From: Bugula neritina
Lineage: Eukaryota; Animalia; Bryozoa
Assembly (NCBI GenBank): GCA_964035545.1
Contig: OZ037772.1
Span: forward strand, 11,406,818 to 11,470,817
Direction: 5' to 3'
Length of the DNA stretch: 64,000 nt
Under the pieces are notes generated by a model that worked only from the letters and a program-made list of their open reading frames with translations, did no database searches and was not told the origin of the DNA. Below are positions 1 through 12,100 of this stretch, piece after piece. Within the stretch, counting starts at the first letter, position 1; each line of letters opens with the position of its first letter. Both the position numbers and the translations under genes were made by a program.

Positions 1-139
1 AAAACTGCTTATTAGAAAAATGGAAAAATTTTAGTGTGATGTTAAATACTATAGTCATTATGTTTTTTTATAATTTAACAGCATTGCTCTGTGAAGCAGT
101 GTATAAAGTGGTTACTAATTGGCTTTAACGGCTGCATAC

Positions 140-3100
140 ATGGCATCTCGCTCATCACCTGTGCATGTGCATGTTGATGAGGAAACACCTGTGCATGTTC
201 ACGTGGAGAAATGTCCTGGTCTGATTGGGCCACCCAAGTCATCTCATAAGGTTGGCTCTGTGCGTGTGTTGCCATCTCTTACTGTCTGGTCATCAAATGA
301 TCCTTTGTGTGATTTTCTATATCTGGTTTGTTCGTTGGCTTAGAAATCTTATACTTACATCGAGAGTGTTGATTCGCCTGTTTGTTTCATAACATCTGTC
401 TGTTTATTGTGTGTTCTAGTTACTCAACTCTTTCTATCCAGTCTCTTTCCTGCCTATGATTGGCTTAAATTCTTCCCTTACCTCTATATTAGAATTCTAG
501 GTATACTTCTCTGTCTACAGAGCCTTGTAAATCTTTCTTCAAGTTGGCAAATTAGTGCAAACACTGTTCTTATTTCTATTCTATCTTGGATCTTGTAATT
601 CTATTTTATTACAATTGTTAAAAGAGAGCTTCAATTTGAGATGCATCTTCATGCCTCATTACAAAGGGAATAAAGCACCAAAACTCTTATTCTTGTCAAT
701 ACATTTTTATAATATAGCTGAAAAAAACTGTAAGTCAAACATAGAGTGTGCAGTTTAGAGGTACAGAAAGCGCCACTTCATACCTATTAGGACATATGGT
801 GTCCAGTTGATTCTGTTATTTGGATTGTAGAGCGTGTCTTATTAAAGGTATTATATGTAGTATGTACAAATATCACAAGTTGTCTACTCCTGTCTGTTCC
901 TTTGTAGTCCAGGGACATGAGTCAGCACAGGTCTCGTAGCAGTAGCGCAGGTAAAAGGTCACCTACTCGGTCTAGTCTGAGATCGCCTCGAGCTCCCTGG
1001 GTGCCCGCACCAGCTAAGACCACCAGGGGGAGTAAGGTCACATTTGAGGTTAGTTCACTAGTCTATATTCTTCATGTATTTTGAGTATTAGAATGTGTTG
1101 AAATGGTTTGAGGAAAATAAGGGAATGCAACATCTTCCAGATATAAAATGCTTATAATTGTTATATGGCCTGATAGATATATACATTCAGATTGCTTGTA
1201 ATTTCTGCTAAAATACGGTGTGGTACAGCTGTGGTCTCTGTGTTAACTTAAATCCAGATGTATTTGAGCAAGTAGCTGATTAAATCTCAGCTAGTAGTGT
1301 TGACTGCCATATCAAGTCCCAATTTTTATTTAATTTAGTCATTTGTTTAGTAGTCATAATAATTAGTCTAATAGTCATACTCATTAGTTTAATAGTTATT
1401 AGTTATTAGTTTAGTAGTCATAGGCATTATAGTCTAGTAGTCATAGTCATTAGTAATAGTCATCAGTATAATAGTCACAGTTATTAGTATAGTATTCACA
1501 TGCTGCATGATGTCACTACACACAGGGTAGCCGAGGTACCCTGGAGATTGGTGGACCGTATTACGAGTCTATGAGAAGGTGTGAGTTGGACAGACGGGGT
1601 ACAGGAAGAGACGAAGATAAAGACGACGATGATACGGTAGCTGTGACAGCTCAGTCTAAGGACTACGAGAGGAAGATATCTGGTCTCATGAGAGAGGTTG
1701 GGGATTTGAGGGAACAGGTTAGTATTCTAATAGACATCCTGTCTGTTTCTGTAAACATACACTAGAGTCTTGTTGTGTGATGTATAGAGTGTTGTGATTG
1801 TTATCTGTGAGATAAGCTACCACAGAATTTGGGTAAAGTAAGTTATCACAGGAATAGTGTGAAGTAAATTCTCACACAACTAGAGCAAAGTAAGTTATTA
1901 CAGAATTAGAGCAAAGTAAGTTATCACAGAATTAGGGCAAAGTAAGTTATCACAGAACTCTGTGATTTAGGCGGAGGAAGGCAGGGAAACGGCTGAGATT
2001 CTGGACAGATCCGTGGAAGAGTTGAGACAGACACGTAAAGATCTCTGGGAGAAAGAGCGAGAAAACAGGAGACTCCGTGACGATGTAGAAGATTTGAAGC
2101 AAGGGGTAGATGACTCCAGGTGAGTGCCTTAGTTCCTAATGAGTTGATCTTCTGATAGATTGGGAGGCAAAGACATACAGCCTTAGTGCTTCATAGCGCA
2201 GCAATATTAGATTGAATACACACAGTTGATTTATTTTGAAGTTATGCAATCTTGTAACATTTTATCGAGATGTTGTGCTATAAGTTGGAATTTAGTTTTG
2301 AACTTTTCTGCTTTGAGTTGGCTTATCAGAAAGTCTTGAATTTAACAGAAGTGTACCACAAATCTAGTAATCTTTATAGTACAATATTATAGAGATATAT
2401 TTGTAATAGCAAGTGTGCTGGCTATACTGCTTATACTAAAAATCAAAAGAGACAAGAGAAAGTAACTTCTAAGCCTGTATTAATTGTTTGGTATTGTGTA
2501 AAGAATGCTGAGTTTATGAGTTGATTATTGAATGAATTGGTTTTTCTGTGCTATTGTGTCGTACTGAAAACAGTGTAGTAGCATTGCATTGTCTTGTGTG
2601 AATAGGTAACTGGTGCCGTATTCAGCTATAGTGAGTCTAGCTTACTCAATATAATTATATAACAGCAGGCAGTGCACACTTAACAGTAAATACAGCATTG
2701 CAGTGGAGTTGTATAGTACATGCTGCCTGTAGTCTTTGCTACTCGTACTACTAAAAACTAATTACTAAGTTCTAGTTAACAGTTCTACTAGTTACACCAT
2801 CTACTAGCTGGGTACTAGCTCATATCGATATGAGTTTGCTGCACAAATATGCTCGACGCTGCCATTACAGGACCGCTGCCAGATGTCTCAGCGCTGACAG
2901 GAACCGTCTGCTGAAGAAGCTGATAGAGACAGAGATGGATGGACAGGAGGCAGTGAGGCTGGCCTCTCAGCTCAAGGTAACTGTTTAGGTGTTACATTAC
3001 AGTTGTGATTTGTTGCTGAATGCCGGGTGTATTGTTGAACTGTCAACTTATTAGTTTCTGTTTTTGGTGCTTCACAACTTTACATGGTTTGATGCTTTTG

Positions 3101-6100
3101 CTAAAAATATAATATTTAAAAAAACTTCGTTGATAATAATGGCTTATACAGAAACCTATACCCATATGTTATATTACTGACTAGGTAGGTGTCATTTTAT
3201 TTATTGTTCTTGAACTACTTTCTTCGGCATCTCACCAAGTTGTCTCTATACTTATTTTATCAAAACTTCAGCGAGCTCAGCTCTTAGGTGCGAGATTATA
3301 GCTGACACTAAATTTAGAGTAACTGACTGAATACTAGTGAGAAAGCAATGACCTCTAATAGTTTGTTCTGTATATCTGATAGGATGTGGTGAAGAGGTTG
3401 AGGGCTGATAACAAGCTGACGTCACAAGATGTTAAGATGCTGTCGATACAGAGAGAAAACCTGACAGAGGTGAGTCACAGTCAGCATTACTTGAGACAGT
3501 AGCTCTGCCCCCTCAGAGTTCTAGTAGCTCCGCCCCCTCAGAGTTCTAGTAGCTCCACCCCCTCAGAGTTCTAGTAGCTCCACCCCCAAAGAGTTCTAGT
3601 AGCTCCACCCCCAAAGAGTTCTAGTAGCTTCGCCCCCTCAGAGTTCTAGTAGCTCCACCCCCCTCAGAGTTCCAGGAGCTCCGCCCCCTCAGAGTTCTAG
3701 TAGCTCCGCCCCCTCAGAGTTCTAGTAGCTCCGCCCCCACTCCCAATTAAGAGTAGTCTCACCTAAAATACGGAGATGTTGATAAGAAGGGTGCTTTGTG
3801 TTTGAGATGGAGATTAGCTATTCAATGCTCTTTAAAAATATTCAGCAGCAGTGCTCTGTATGTTTTGTATTTTACACAATTCGGCTTTTGTTTTATTAGT
3901 TTTGTTTTGAGGAGTATGCATTATTCTAACTCTGTTGTGTATAGCAGCGGTTTTGTTTTTACATTAGTAGTATACTGTGAGTTGTGGTCATTTAGTATGA
4001 TTGGCTATTGTTTAGTCATACTAAGACAAGCCTAGTATAAAGTACATTACTTTCTAGCATCATCCTCTCCCCTCTTCCCCATGTCGGAAGTGTAAGGGAC
4101 AATATTGTCAATATTCATAAACTAGTTGAAATTCCTCTGCCATACTTACACTAATTTTAACTAAACTTATGTTTTGTAAAAATATATTCTAATAAATTGG
4201 AGGAAAAATAGTAATAAATTGGCATTACATAATTGGGTTATTGTTTTATCTGCTGCACAAGACTATATGCTCTGTAGAATCAGTTAGCTTTAGATCCATC
4301 TTATAACTGTATAGAAACTGACGGACTTTGAGGAGACGAACCGGGCGCTGAGGCTATTGCTGCAGGACTACCACGCCAACGAGACCGAGCAGATGAGACT
4401 CAGCGAGCAGAAGTCAATTCTGGTGGGCAAGTTCGCCGTCTGCGAGGAGGACAACGAGAGACTGCGGCAGCGGGTCAAGGTCAGTCTGAGGGGAGAGAGA
4501 AGAGTAAATCAGCATTTCCTGTGATCTGGTTGAACAATTGACACAGGTTGCTGAGAAATTTGGTATCTTGAAAGTGGAGTCCCCTTCACAATTTCATGGT
4601 TATTTTTTTTTATTTTTCATTTATATAACTTCTAGATTTTGTTTACTGTTTTTCATTTATTGTTTATGTTTGAATAAGAAAGTGTCTTCATGCTAGCTGA
4701 CTCATCAGTTTACAGGATGTGATGTAATGATGACATCACTCATGGACTAGTCTAGTGCCGTTGTTGAATTTTAATGATCGTTAATGACCGTTCTTGCAAC
4801 TCGAAAAGTAAGTCTGACTGATCCATGACATGTTTATGTAGGACTTAGAAAGGGATGTGATGGACCTGAAGATACAGCTGAAGTCTCAGACGGAGGAGAC
4901 GATGGCGTCTGCTACCTTGCAGTCGTCCCTGGAGCAGACGAGAGCCCATCTGCAGCGAGAACTGCGACAGAGGGAAGGGGACTGCAACAGGATGGCCGTG
5001 CAGATTCGCTCTCTTGAGTCCGAACTCGCCCAGGAGAAGATCGAAGTCGACCATCTGCAGGAGTTGCTTCGACAGGCTCACTCTAAACACGAGAAAGATA
5101 AGGAGGCTTTGAAGAAGGCTACCAGGTAGAGTTGTCTCATCTAATGCAATAATAGAGTTGTCTCCTCTAATATAGTTAAAAAGTTATCTCCTCTAATATA
5201 ATATTAGAGTTGTCTCCTCTAATGTAGTTATAGAGTTATCTCCTCTAATATAATATTAGAGTTGTCTCCTCTAATGTAGTTATAGAGTTATCTCCTCTAA
5301 TATAATAATAATGAGGTTGTCTTCTCTAATTTGGTAGTAAAGTTATCTCCCCCAATGTAACTAGGTAGCTGTCCTTAATATAATAGTGGGGTTATCTTCT
5401 CTACTTTAATATAATGTAGTCCTCATTATGTAATGCATAAGCTGAGTTTTATCCCCTAACAGTAGAGTTATCTGCCCCGGTATAAGCGAGTAGTTTTCCC
5501 TGGGCGAGTGAAGCCGTTGTGTTGATGCTAACACTTCCTCAGCCCTAATCGCTGTTAACATCTGCACACGACTGCTTGTTCACACGAGTTCAGAGTTCAC
5601 CACTCTATTGTATTATGACTGCAGCTGGTAATTACAATCAATTGGAAGATGAGGTTAAGACTAAATGTGAACAAGCTGTCACCATGTGGGTGCCTCACCT
5701 CTAATCTTACTCACGTTTGCTGTGCTTCTTAACAGGATTCAAAAACAAAGAGCCACCAAGTCAGAGTCGGTTGTGGACGAGCTCAACCTCGCCAATCTGG
5801 AGAAGGACCAGAAGCTGGCGGAGCTTCAGGCCCTTCACGACGAGCAGAAGGCGTTGCTAGGCTCGTCTGCTCGTGAGAAGTCTGCCATAACGTCTGAGAA
5901 TAACCATCTGAAGATGTACGTTCTGTTGAAGTGTGGTGTGACGTTAGACTGTGTTGTGAACAGGATGTCATATTCGGTGTGTGACTTAGCTGTGTGTGAC
6001 CTAGCCCTGTGTGACTTCACTCTGTGTGTGACCTAATAATTGTGATTCCCTATTGGCCATTCACTAAACTTTCTGTTTCTTCATTTTAACATAAACAATG

Positions 6101-9100
6101 ACTCCACTGCGTTATGCAGTGACGTTTCGCTGCTCGTTCCTCGCAACAGAGAAATTCGTGTGACTGTAAATTCTACAGTTTAGTATAACGCAGCAGTTCT
6201 AGACAAAGATGTCTGCTACAGATTATGATGACTAGTAAGTATTACTCCTTTTTGTGTCAGTAGAAATCAGTGAGTACTTTCAGACTATCTTCTGCTCTCG
6301 TTAGCTGTTGGACACACAGACAGGTTTTGTTCTTTATCTGGCTTTTACTTCGTCTTTTTTTTCATTCATTTAGTACAAGTAAAATAATAGTAGTTATTCT
6401 CTCCTGTCACAGATCAGCTTTCTCCTCACTCTCATCTCTCCTTCACCGATTATAAGCACACAGTTTTAGGTCTAAGAGAGGAGGTAGAGAGACTAGCCCG
6501 TATTAACTATGCCAAGGAGTTTAGGATACAAAGGCTACAAGGCCAACTTAGGAAGTCATGTGACGCAATGGAGGTGAGTTTGGGGCTACATAGTCTGAGT
6601 ACATGTTTAGTTTTATGTTCTAAGTCTATGTTTCTATATATAATAGACATGGAGACTTTACAGCTCTGTTTCCATATACAATAGTTTATATCTTGTATAT
6701 ATATTGTTTCTATACATGTATAATGTGTTTCTACGTTTCTATATATAATAGGTATATAGACTGTATAGTAAATTTATATTTTTTTTAGTCAATACTACAA
6801 AAACACGGTCAACTTCTAGAAAATTCTGCAGATGAAACTTCAACTCTTGCCTTACCCACACCGGCAGCTCCTGTGAAAGCATCAACTCAGACTAACAATA
6901 CTGTCTCTAGCAGGTATATTTAGTCATTGTTTAGCCTGTGTTACTTGTATTACCTGCAGTTGTTGTAGTGTCAGCTGGTATGCAGTTACCCCCCACCTGT
7001 ACTAAGGGTACCTAGTATTGTTACGGTGGTACCACACTAAGAGATGTAGTATACTGATATGTGAATACTTTTTACAGGACATTGATGCAGTCAAACTCAG
7101 ATAGTTCGCTTCAGAAGGTTCAATTGGATGACATCTCATCAACACCTCAGCTGAATCCCAGTCTGCAAGAATTACCTCCCTCTCAGAAGGATCAGGGCAC
7201 ATCTGTAAAAGTCTCACACAGAACCAGCAAGTCTTTCAGAAGTCCACCGTCTCTGTCAACTGCTGTTAGCTCTCAGTTGAACTCAGCTGACCTCCCGGAT
7301 AAACCAGTCAAAGTGAGAACGAAACCCCAAAGGAAACTTATAGTTGTCTCCCCACCAGCAGGTCGCACGCGCTCATTGCCATCTGCTGTTCCATCTGTTA
7401 CCAAGTCTAAGCAGACCAGAGTTGGGTCAAAACCAGATCGCAGAAGTTCTTCTGAATCTGTCAGGACCACCCAGAAGAAAAGCGCGGTTCCTTCAACTTG
7501 TAAAAACAAAAAGAAAATTAAAAAGCCACCCTCTAGAGTTCACAGCAAAAAGCCTGGTGAAAATCAGCCAGTGGTGGATGACACTTCTTCCGGTATCTCA
7601 TTAGGGGTTAGTCGTGCAATTCACCCCTTTTCTAGTAGTGACTCTCTGAAGGTCGGACAGTGTGTTGCTGAGTCAGCCAGTATTCACATTGATACCTTTC
7701 ATGACTCTTTCCAAACCAACATGATGTCGGAGACTAACAGTGCTGACTCCAGCAGCTACACGGCCGGGTGTGTCACGTCAGCGTTATCCGACGGAAAGCT
7801 GGAGGTCACAAGGTTTACATTCTTCAGCACGAAGAAGGTGAACCTCGTCTCTAGGCCCCTGAGAAACGCTAAGCGACCTTCCCCTCGCCTGCTAAGTCTA
7901 GACAAGTATCTCGGGGCTATGGGAGATGGCATAGATGAAGGGAGTGATAAGTTAGCAGCTCGGGCAGAACTCAGTAAGGCTGTCTCAGTTACCGCCCCGT
8001 CTCATTGCCTCGTCACAGTAGCCTGTGGTCATACTCAGTCACAGTCTGTCTCTGAGACGGGGGAGGAGAGAGAGAGTTCCCTCTCCATCTCACAGTGAGT
8101 TGGACTACTTTGTTAGACTAGGTTATATTTTAGTTGAACTTTGGGCATGTTGGTGTCATTTATGTTTCTAAAAAAAGCTTTCTGTTTAGTGTTTTTATTA
8201 ATAAACACCTTTTTAGTTTTGTCAAGCTACACATTATTATATTCGGCTACTTTGTATTCATGTATGAAACGTGTGTTGTGTATTTTAGAACCGATGTCTC
8301 ATCCCACTCGGATGATGTTTCCGACAATGTTACATCGAGGGTGATGAATATTGTACCTCGTAGCCTTGGAGTCACTGTAACCAGTCCTTTCTCTGACTCT
8401 CAGTGGAACCAGGCCATAGAGCCTTTGGTTTCCAGAGAACACAAGCTATCTGATAATTCTACTACTACAGCAAGTGGGACATCAACTGATCATAATTTAG
8501 GTACTACTATTACTATTATAGCTGCTGCTTTTTATATGGAGTTTTGTATTGAATTGGCAGCCTATATTTTGAGAGGTTATAATAGAATATAGATATTACA
8601 ATTTCTCAACTTTGCACACCACCTACAAAATGAAGTAATTCTTGCGTGAAGACTAGTGAAAACCTCGTGTTGTGTTGAACCCTACCAGTTGTTTTCTTTT
8701 CTGTTGTACTGTTGCTAAGCTCTTGAATATTTTGGTTCTGATTTATCCAGGTCAAGCATTTCTGAGGCTAGAATTGTATGTTTTATAGAAACAATAAGGA
8801 TAGAAGTTGACCGTCCGCCTACACTGTGTGTTACACCAACTCACTCTGAGCAAACTACCAGAGTGAGTGACTCAACTCCCAACTCTATGACTAGCGACTC
8901 AGCAGCTCAACTAACTTCCTGTTTAGCAGCGGATAATCAGGTTTCTGAACCTGCTTCAGCGAGTTTAGAGCTCAATGTAAATGGCTTAAAGACACCTAGC
9001 TGCATGTCTGCTCAATTTATTATCTCTTCCACCAGTGGTCAGGAAGTAGAAAGTACTTCTGCACAACTGAATACGTCTGCTGCGTCGTCTACTCATTTTG

Positions 9101-12100
9101 ACTCTGATCAGAGTAAGCGAAGAATCGAGCCGTCTGCTATTTCTATGTGCAGACAAACTAGTATTCCAGTCAGCGAGAACTTTGACAACAGCACTTCTAA
9201 ATACTGGCAGCGTTTCTTACCGATGGAAAACTGCCGCCATTGTTATTCAGAAAATGACCGGAACAGGAAGTCAGCTGGCAAAGACTCCAACTCAGGTGTC
9301 AGATCTGACTCATGCGTTGGCAGAGCTTCTTGTCCCGCTGGAGGTAGCAGTGAGGGGGGTAATCAACCCTCCCTCAGCGTTGTGGACTCTGCGCTAAACT
9401 TTACGCTAGACAGAGGCATTGTGGGAAGTGCTGACTCATTGGGTGTTGTACTGGAAGGTAACGATTCTATTCAGCGTTTTTCAAGTCGACTTTCCCCATC
9501 TGCCAATCAGTCTGTCTCAGCACGAGGTACGGTTACACAGAGTGTTGTGGAGGGAGACAATGGGTTCTACAGCCACAATACTAATCAGAACAACTCTGTG
9601 GTAGCTGATGTTATGGTTTCTTCACTAGACATCAAGCAAAGGTCAGTTTTCATTAAACTATGAAGTTCTTGTATTATTTTGCTTAATATTATGTTAAATT
9701 TGAAATGGTTAAATTAAAGTATTAATGGATGATTTTCCCATTCTATTTCAACAACTAACCAATTTCAGTTACATTCAGCTAATGAGGACATTGCTGTTGA
9801 ACTATCTTTCAATAGAAATGTGAATATTTTAGTGATTAACTTGGAATGCTCTAGGTATTCAATTAAAATATTCTAGTAATTTACTATAAATATTGTAGTA
9901 ATTTGCTTTGAATATTTTAGTAGTTAACTGTAAATATTTTAGTAATTCAAATTGAGTATTTCAAAGATTTTTTTTAATATTTGAGGGATTTACTTTGAAT
10001 CTTCTAAAAATTGACTTTTAAATGATAACTTTAGAAGTTTCTTCTAGTGCATTTTTACTTATACCGAAATTATTTTATTTAAATATTTAATTCTAAAAAC
10101 AATAATATGAGTTGTAATGGCTGCCATTTAATATGACATCATCACTCTAGTGTGACTCAACATGGCTTCAGATAATTGATTGCCTTGCTGGCTCAGGCCA
10201 ATATAATAGAGTTACTAGTAGTTTACAGTCTCTGTACAATTATCTGCTGCTTGTAGGAAATTTACACTTCTAGAATGTCCCACAATGCAACATCCATCTG
10301 CTAAGACCGGCACACCTCAACATCCTGTATTTATTTGCCTTCCTCGTAATAGCGGAAAACAATCGGATCATTTCAAGCCTGGAAAGGTGAGTGAGTTTTC
10401 TCTTCTATCTACAAAGCTATTGTAATATTTGTCATATGGTGTCAGTGTGTGCAATGAAAGTTTCATAATTTTTATGAAAAAATGAAAAAAATTTAAAACT
10501 CTCTGCTGATTGTTGAATATTTGATATCCACCAGCTCTATATATTGAGTAGTTTTAGTAAGTTGGGAGTATAGCTAAGACAGAACAATGCTGTAGATCTC
10601 AGTGATGCCATGCTGCTGCTCCGTGTCTTGTATATATTAATTGTTAACTTCCTGTTTTTTTCTTGTGAAGGTGCGGAAGGGCAGTCCGAAGCCCCGCAGG
10701 ACAGTCCAGTGTGACGCTGAGGCTAATCCTCCTGCCATAGATGAATCCACTGTAGAGGCTGTTGAGAAGTCGCACTCTGAGCTCAGCACTGCAATGAGCT
10801 CTAAGCAATTTAAAACAGCCTCTGTAAGCAGGACTCGACCCAAGCAAAGCTCTGGGAGACTAAGAGCTACTGGCAGCGACTGTGGTGGAGCTGCCGGCTG
10901 TCATACAGCCAGTGGGAGGCAACCTAGTGCCCTCAGCGAGAAACAATCTAGAACTCCGAATGCAAAACAGTCGAGAGTTGCCAAGGAGAAACGCTCTAAT
11001 CATGTGACTGAAGAGCAATCAAGTGCGATCAGTATGAGAGAGTCTAAGGCAGGTCAAAGGTCAAGGAAAGCTCAGCCGACCTACGTGCCCTCGGCAGCCG
11101 GGCAGTCTACAGCTGGCATGTCGAGAGTCTCGGTGATGTCAAAGGGGTCGGTGATGCCTTCCACCGGCGAGTTGCGGGTCGGCACTCCCACTCAGTCGAG
11201 GATGGGTCGGCAGAGCTCAATGAGATCTAGACCCAACGCCTCGCGCATCACAACTCAGCCTGTGGACCAACAACTGCTGGACAAACTCGCCACCATCCAG
11301 TCTTCTGTGACGAGCAAGGAGAGCTCATTGAGTGAGTTCAAACAGGAGTCTGTGGCCGTCTCGCGACCTCGGTCCTCTACCAGAGCCGCGTACTCCGTCT
11401 CTAAGATCTCTAGCGCCATCCCCTCTGCCCTGCAGTCAAAGTACAACTCCGGTCAGTCCATCAACGACTTGCTGAACGCGGAGGAAGAGCCCCGGGATGA
11501 GCCGTCACACCGTACCATGTCTAAACACAAGAGGAAACTGCTGAACCGACTCTCCAACCGAGTGACGAGTAATCAGACTAATGGCGGGTTTGATAAACTC
11601 AGCACTATATACAGCATGAATACGTCTGCAGCTGACGTGTCAAGGACGTCTGCTGCACCCAACAGCCAATTACAGGCTCCCTCCTCCACCCGCAGGCCGC
11701 AGTACTCCAAGCAGTCAGTGAGAGACAACTCCTATTCAAAGAATCACCTGAGTGTGCCATCTTCTGTCCAGTCTCGTCCTCAGACAGTGCAGTCTGTTCA
11801 GTCATCCCTCCCACCAGAGCAGTCGGTACGCTCTCACCGTGTACTCGATGAGTCAGCTAACAGACAGACAACTCCGAGTTATGTGTCAGCAGACTCAAGG
11901 CTAGTTTCTAATTGGTTCATGTTTCATAATAAATATATGTCATTAAATGTCATATACAGTGTCACACTACTCAAGTCACATTCAGTGTCACACTTTGTAT
12001 GACGTAATGTATAACTCATTTCCTGTAATTTCAGGTTAGATTCAGCATCTGACTCCAGTATATCAGAAGATTGCCAGCAAAACCTCTCGGAGAGTTTTAG

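Noticed and set aside
3500-3738. CRISPR-like array (also 14585-14773 and 46899-47192)
   Set aside because: Units are contiguous with no unique spacers, there are no cas genes, and the context is eukaryotic introns.
6413-6573. Next ODF2 exon after exon 9
   Set aside because: Phase mismatch gives stops; ODF2 homology resumes at 14455.
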